Shown: piece by piece, positions 35,901 through 38,890 of the stretch
How positions within the stretch are numbered: position 1 is the stretch's first letter
Layout of the letters: each line of letters begins with the position of its first letter
DNA from: Sphaeroforma arctica JP610
Lineage: Eukaryota
Length of the DNA: 38,890 nucleotides
Reading direction: 5' to 3'
Assembly (NCBI RefSeq): GCF_001186125.1
Contig: NW_014040522.1
Coordinates: forward strand, 158,315-197,204
The notes under the pieces: generated by a model
The model's input: only the letters and a program-made list of their open reading frames with translations
Database searches by the model: none
What the model was told of the DNA's origin: nothing
Made by a program: the position numbers and the translations under genes

Positions 35901-38329
35901 TAGTCATTCAGACGCAATCTGTCGCACCTACCGGTGCGTACAAGCGTCTCCACTGTGTTCCGCACTCCTTCTCAGAGCATGTACGTTGACACCATTTGCA
36001 TGCACACACGCGTCATATACACCCACATGACGCACACACGCTTGCGCTCCACGCGTGTGTTTGGTGTACACATAGATCATGAGCCGAGTGGATACGACAT
36101 GGCAGATAGACGAACAAAGCAGGTGTGGGTGTACAGGTAGTTGTACGTACCTGCCACTATGAGTGTAGCCTTATCGAACGGCGTTTGGACAGCTGCCATC
36201 TGTTGTGTGTTGAGTGTGGGGAGCTTGATGTTCTCTCGCATGGTCTGCTGGGTTACAGGGGTTTAGGGGTTTAGGGGTTGGAATGCTGGGTTTTATTTGT
36301 TTGCTAGTTTGCTGTATGTATAAGGTCGAATGTGATCCGGCTGATATCGCGACGCGTGCACGCCTTCCTGAAACATCGACAATCTTTTGACCCAAGCGCC
36401 TGCGCAGAACTCGCACATATAAATCAGTACAAACAATTTGTATACAGTTTACACGTATGAGATCAATACAAACAGCATATAAACTTTTGACACGCAAGAA
36501 GACACACCACCCGCGGGTGTACGCATGCCACGCGCGTATGTGCGGAAAAATATACGATCGAAAGCAAGTAAAAGTTAAAAGTACCCCCACGCATGTAGCT
36601 GCGTGTATAAAAAACATATATATAAAGCTCAAAGCGTATGATTTGAGGTACATATTGTTTGTATATCGTGAAATGGCACACATATCATCATGCCCCATAC
36701 TTCCATGTACGTCCTGTATACCTGAGCCAGACTTGGTGGGGGACCGTTAGAGCGACACTGTTGACCCCAAGCGCTTCCGCCGAAGCTGAACTGCCGCTGG
36801 TCACTGTCACGCTGCGCCGCATGGTTGTGTGCTGTAGACAAAACAAAGCAATGTGCATGTTCAAGCTATACCTGTGATTGCAAGTCATGTCTTCGAGAAT
36901 ACACTGGATATTCCAACGAAGTACATCAAGAGTGTGTTCTATGTTTGACTGTCTTGTAGTATGCATATGTTGTATATACGTAAATAGTATCAAATGTCGA
37001 ACATTGGCATGTCTCAGATCAAAAGTTCCATTTACAGGTGAATCATACCGGACCGTACGGGCTTGAAGGCGCCCCTAGCGGTCTTCGCATTCGTTGTCTG
37101 TGTACACTTCACACTGGCCTTGAGCTTAGATGGCAAGCTATTTTGGCCCAAAACAACTTTTTGCGCAACATGCATGCAGTCATTCAATGAGGTCTTCTGC
37201 TGTGGTGCCTTCTCACGCCTCACACTGCGCTTGGCTTTGGCCTTGGCTGGTATGCTGCTTTGACCTATGCTGGCTGCGTGCAGAACGGGCATGAAGTCAC
37301 TCAAACTTGTCTTCTTATTCGTAGCCATCTCACACCTCACACTGGTCTCAGACTTGGGTGGTATGCTGCTCTGACCTATGCTGGCTGCGTGCAGAACGGG
37401 CATGAAGTCACTCAAACTTGTCTTCTTATTCGTAGCCATCTCACACCTCACACTGGTCTCAGGCTTGGGTGGTATGCTGCTATGACCTGTACTAGCTGTC
37501 TGCGGAACAGGCATGGAGTCGCTCAAATTTGTCTTCTTATTCGTAGCCATCTCCCACCTCACACTGGTCTCAGGCTTGGAGGGCATGCTGCTTGGGCATA
37601 TACTAGCTGTCTGCTCAGTATCAGAGTCCCGAACTGAGTGCTTATCGACATCTGCACCCTTGTGAGCATCGTAAAGTTTGGGTTGTTTACCCTTCAGTTC
37701 CGTCTCCGACGGCTGACTCCTATGCAGATCCAACTGGACCGCAGCTGGCAGCACAATTGCACCGCTCCCAGAAGCACGTACATCCACAACCGGGGGAGCC
37801 TTCTCAGAGTTCATCGTGCTACCAGCATGCTTGAGTTCCTTGATGGGTGTTTCAGGGGGTTTCGGACACACCACATTGAAGTAGGAGGTGATGGAGCCGT
37901 TTCTCCGCCGTTTGAATTTGCTTGGCTTAGCAAGGCCCAGCGACCTAGACGGGCGTTTTGTAGCCAGAGGGGCGGTCGAGCTGTATGTAGATATTACATG
38001 CGCAGATGTCAATAATCGGAAGACATCGTGGGTACGTCCATTGAGCACTACGTAAGTCGCATGTGTATCAACTTGGGTTACAGCTTACTAGGAAATGTAT
38101 CGTAGTCTGCGTATGTAATATTAGCTCTGTACCTAGAAACGAATAACCCGGCCGTGGTTGATTCCCGAAAAGCTTCGTTCACAGCCAGATATTCGAGGGG
38201 AGCGGACTGTATATGTAAGTGGCATGTAGCAATTGCAACTTACAGTGCACAAGCTTCCTCACGCCTTTCATCGTCGTCCGAGTCGGCAGTCAGATCGATG
38301 GGGTTAAATGGTGCGCTTGGGGGGATAGC
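25975..38329 (-). CDS. Multi-exon UvrD/Rep/PcrA (Srs2-like) superfamily-1 DNA helicase; roughly 20 or more exons, true start and stop not fixed
   Basis: Spliced motifs in the expected order: LNTQQMAAV...[105 protein letters not shown]. The checked junctions are in phase. Confidence 0.92.
26012..26120 (-). CDS. Helicase exon with motif VI (boundaries approximate)
   Basis: [37 protein letters not shown] resembles EERRLxYVAxTR. Confidence 0.75.
26290..26881 (-). CDS. Helicase exons with motif V (intron 26557-26815)
   Basis: [10 protein letters not shown]|gtagg...ttag|[20 protein letters not shown]. Confidence 0.88.
27548..27868. repeat. Tandem triplication (~117-124 bp) of an exon 3' end plus splice donor
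   Basis: CTATCAGGTGGGTC at 27596, 27720 and 27837; each copy encodes [12 protein letters not shown] text on the minus strand. Confidence 0.85.
27975..28712. repeat. Intronic 58-bp minisatellite, ~12-13 copies
   Basis: Unit CAGTAGATCAATACCACCGTAGTATCCGCTCATA(CGCATCCAC/TGAATCGAT)AGCAACAAACAT(G/A)CA; no unique spacers. Confidence 0.93.
30496..30562. repeat. Intronic 17-bp tandem repeat, ~3.5 copies
   Basis: GTATACGAGGTATACAC units. Confidence 0.8.
31772..32826 (-). CDS. Helicase exons with motifs II, III and IV (32826-32676, 32395-32315, 31884-~31772)
   Basis: [10 protein letters not shown]...[16 protein letters not shown]...[15 protein letters not shown]...[12 protein letters not shown] with GT-AG borders. 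Confidence 0.93.
34048..36250 (-). CDS. Helicase exons with Q motif, Walker A, Ia and Ib (~36250-36151, 35168-35044, 34182-34048)
   Basis: [35 protein letters not shown]...[16 protein letters not shown]...ICTLHGLC with GT-AG borders. Confidence 0.93.
34235..34910. repeat. Intronic degenerate ~30-34 bp purine/pyrimidine-alternating tandem repeat
   Basis: Recurring GATGTATATGTATCTGCGTATATGTACATGTGT. Confidence 0.85.
37032..38048 (-). CDS. Large low-complexity exon with 37-aa tandem repeats; probable N-terminal extension of the helicase
   Basis: 338-aa open frame, K/S/P-rich; 111-bp repeats at ~37245-37605 ([25 protein letters not shown]); same strand and ~0.8 kb upstream of the Q-motif exon. 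Confidence 0.7.
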   Translation of the reverse strand: MLNGRTHDVFRLLTSAHVISTYSSTAPLATKRPSRSLGLAKPSKFKRRRNGSITSYFNVVCPKPPETPIKELKHAGSTMNSEKAPPVVDVRASGSGAIVLPAAVQLDLHRSQPSETELKGKQPKLYDAHKGADVDKHSVRDSDTEQTASICPSSMPSKPETSVRWEMATNKKTNLSDSMPVPQTASTGHSSIPPKPETSVRCEMATNKKTSLSDFMPVLHAASIGQSSIPPKSETSVRCEMATNKKTSLSDFMPVLHAASIGQSSIPAKAKAKRSVRREKAPQQKTSLNDCMHVAQKVVLGQNSLPSKLKASVKCTQTTNAKTARGAFKPVRSGMIHL

Positions 38330-38835
38330 CTGTTGATCGCGGAAAGGAAAATTAAGAATTCAGCACTATTAGTAAAAAGTAATATGATTTTTTTTGGGGG
38401 GAGAGATGAGGGTTTGATACAGATGGAGATAAAATATAATACCCAGTTCTTTTGAGCACAGGTCCACTTTCTCCAGGTTAAAATTAAATATATAGTGAAG
38501 TGGTATCTGACGCATGTGGCTGAAGAATCTATGATCGTATAGGCCTAATCTTATATAACGAAAGCCTAGATAATCTAGCGGAGTTCTATTAGATCCAGCT
38601 CATGGCACACTTGCATAGCAATTAAAGTGTAGGACGGCCTTTCTGGAGCCCACAAGACACCAGTTTCTATCTTCTTTTTGTGTGTGCTACAAATGCCACT
38701 TGTTGCTTACTCGGGTCACCACCGTAGGCTGTGCACATCCCATCTACTCGAGCCCATACACACTCAGGATACAAAGTGTGTACATACAAAGCATTGAGAG
38801 ACCAGGAACGATGAGAAGCAATTCCGTGTACACAT

Positions 38836-38840
<5 letters not shown>

Positions 38841-38890
<50 letters not shown>
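38841..38890. repeat. (TACA)n/(CA)n microsatellite; similar tracts at ~29655-29800, 31190-31260, 32910-33060 and 35510-35580
   Basis: Direct reading. Confidence 0.95.

Overview
Eukaryotic, intron- and microsatellite-rich scaffold; the style would fit a unicellular holozoan such as an ichthyosporean, but that is inference only. The first ~25 kb is a nest of decayed LTR retrotransposons, with all coding remnants on the minus strand: five Ty3/Gypsy elements or fragments, three solo LTRs with clear target-site duplications, two further LTR pieces and two assembly gaps. Main result: three separate Gypsy elements (A, B, D) carry a Dam-like DNA amino-(N6-adenine) methyltransferase domain (IDMFA...N.QLPRY...NPPW) in pol directly after RNase H. 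In element B it lies between RNase H and a DDE integrase ending in a chromodomain-like segment. The domain is hard to see because a solo LTR splits it in B and D, and the window edge cuts it in A. In B, removing the LTR plus one TSD restores the reading frame. A and B also share an in-frame TGA between gag and pol (probable readthrough) and a non-canonical double Cys/His motif in gag. A, B and D share a D-P protease site, and A and C share a primer-binding region without the usual TGG. The last ~13 kb is one minus-strand, many-exon UvrD/Rep/Srs2-family SF1 helicase gene with recognisable Q motif and motifs I-VI. It has a repeat-containing N-terminal extension with SIM- and PIP-like motifs, a probable GC-AG intron and several intronic tandem repeats.
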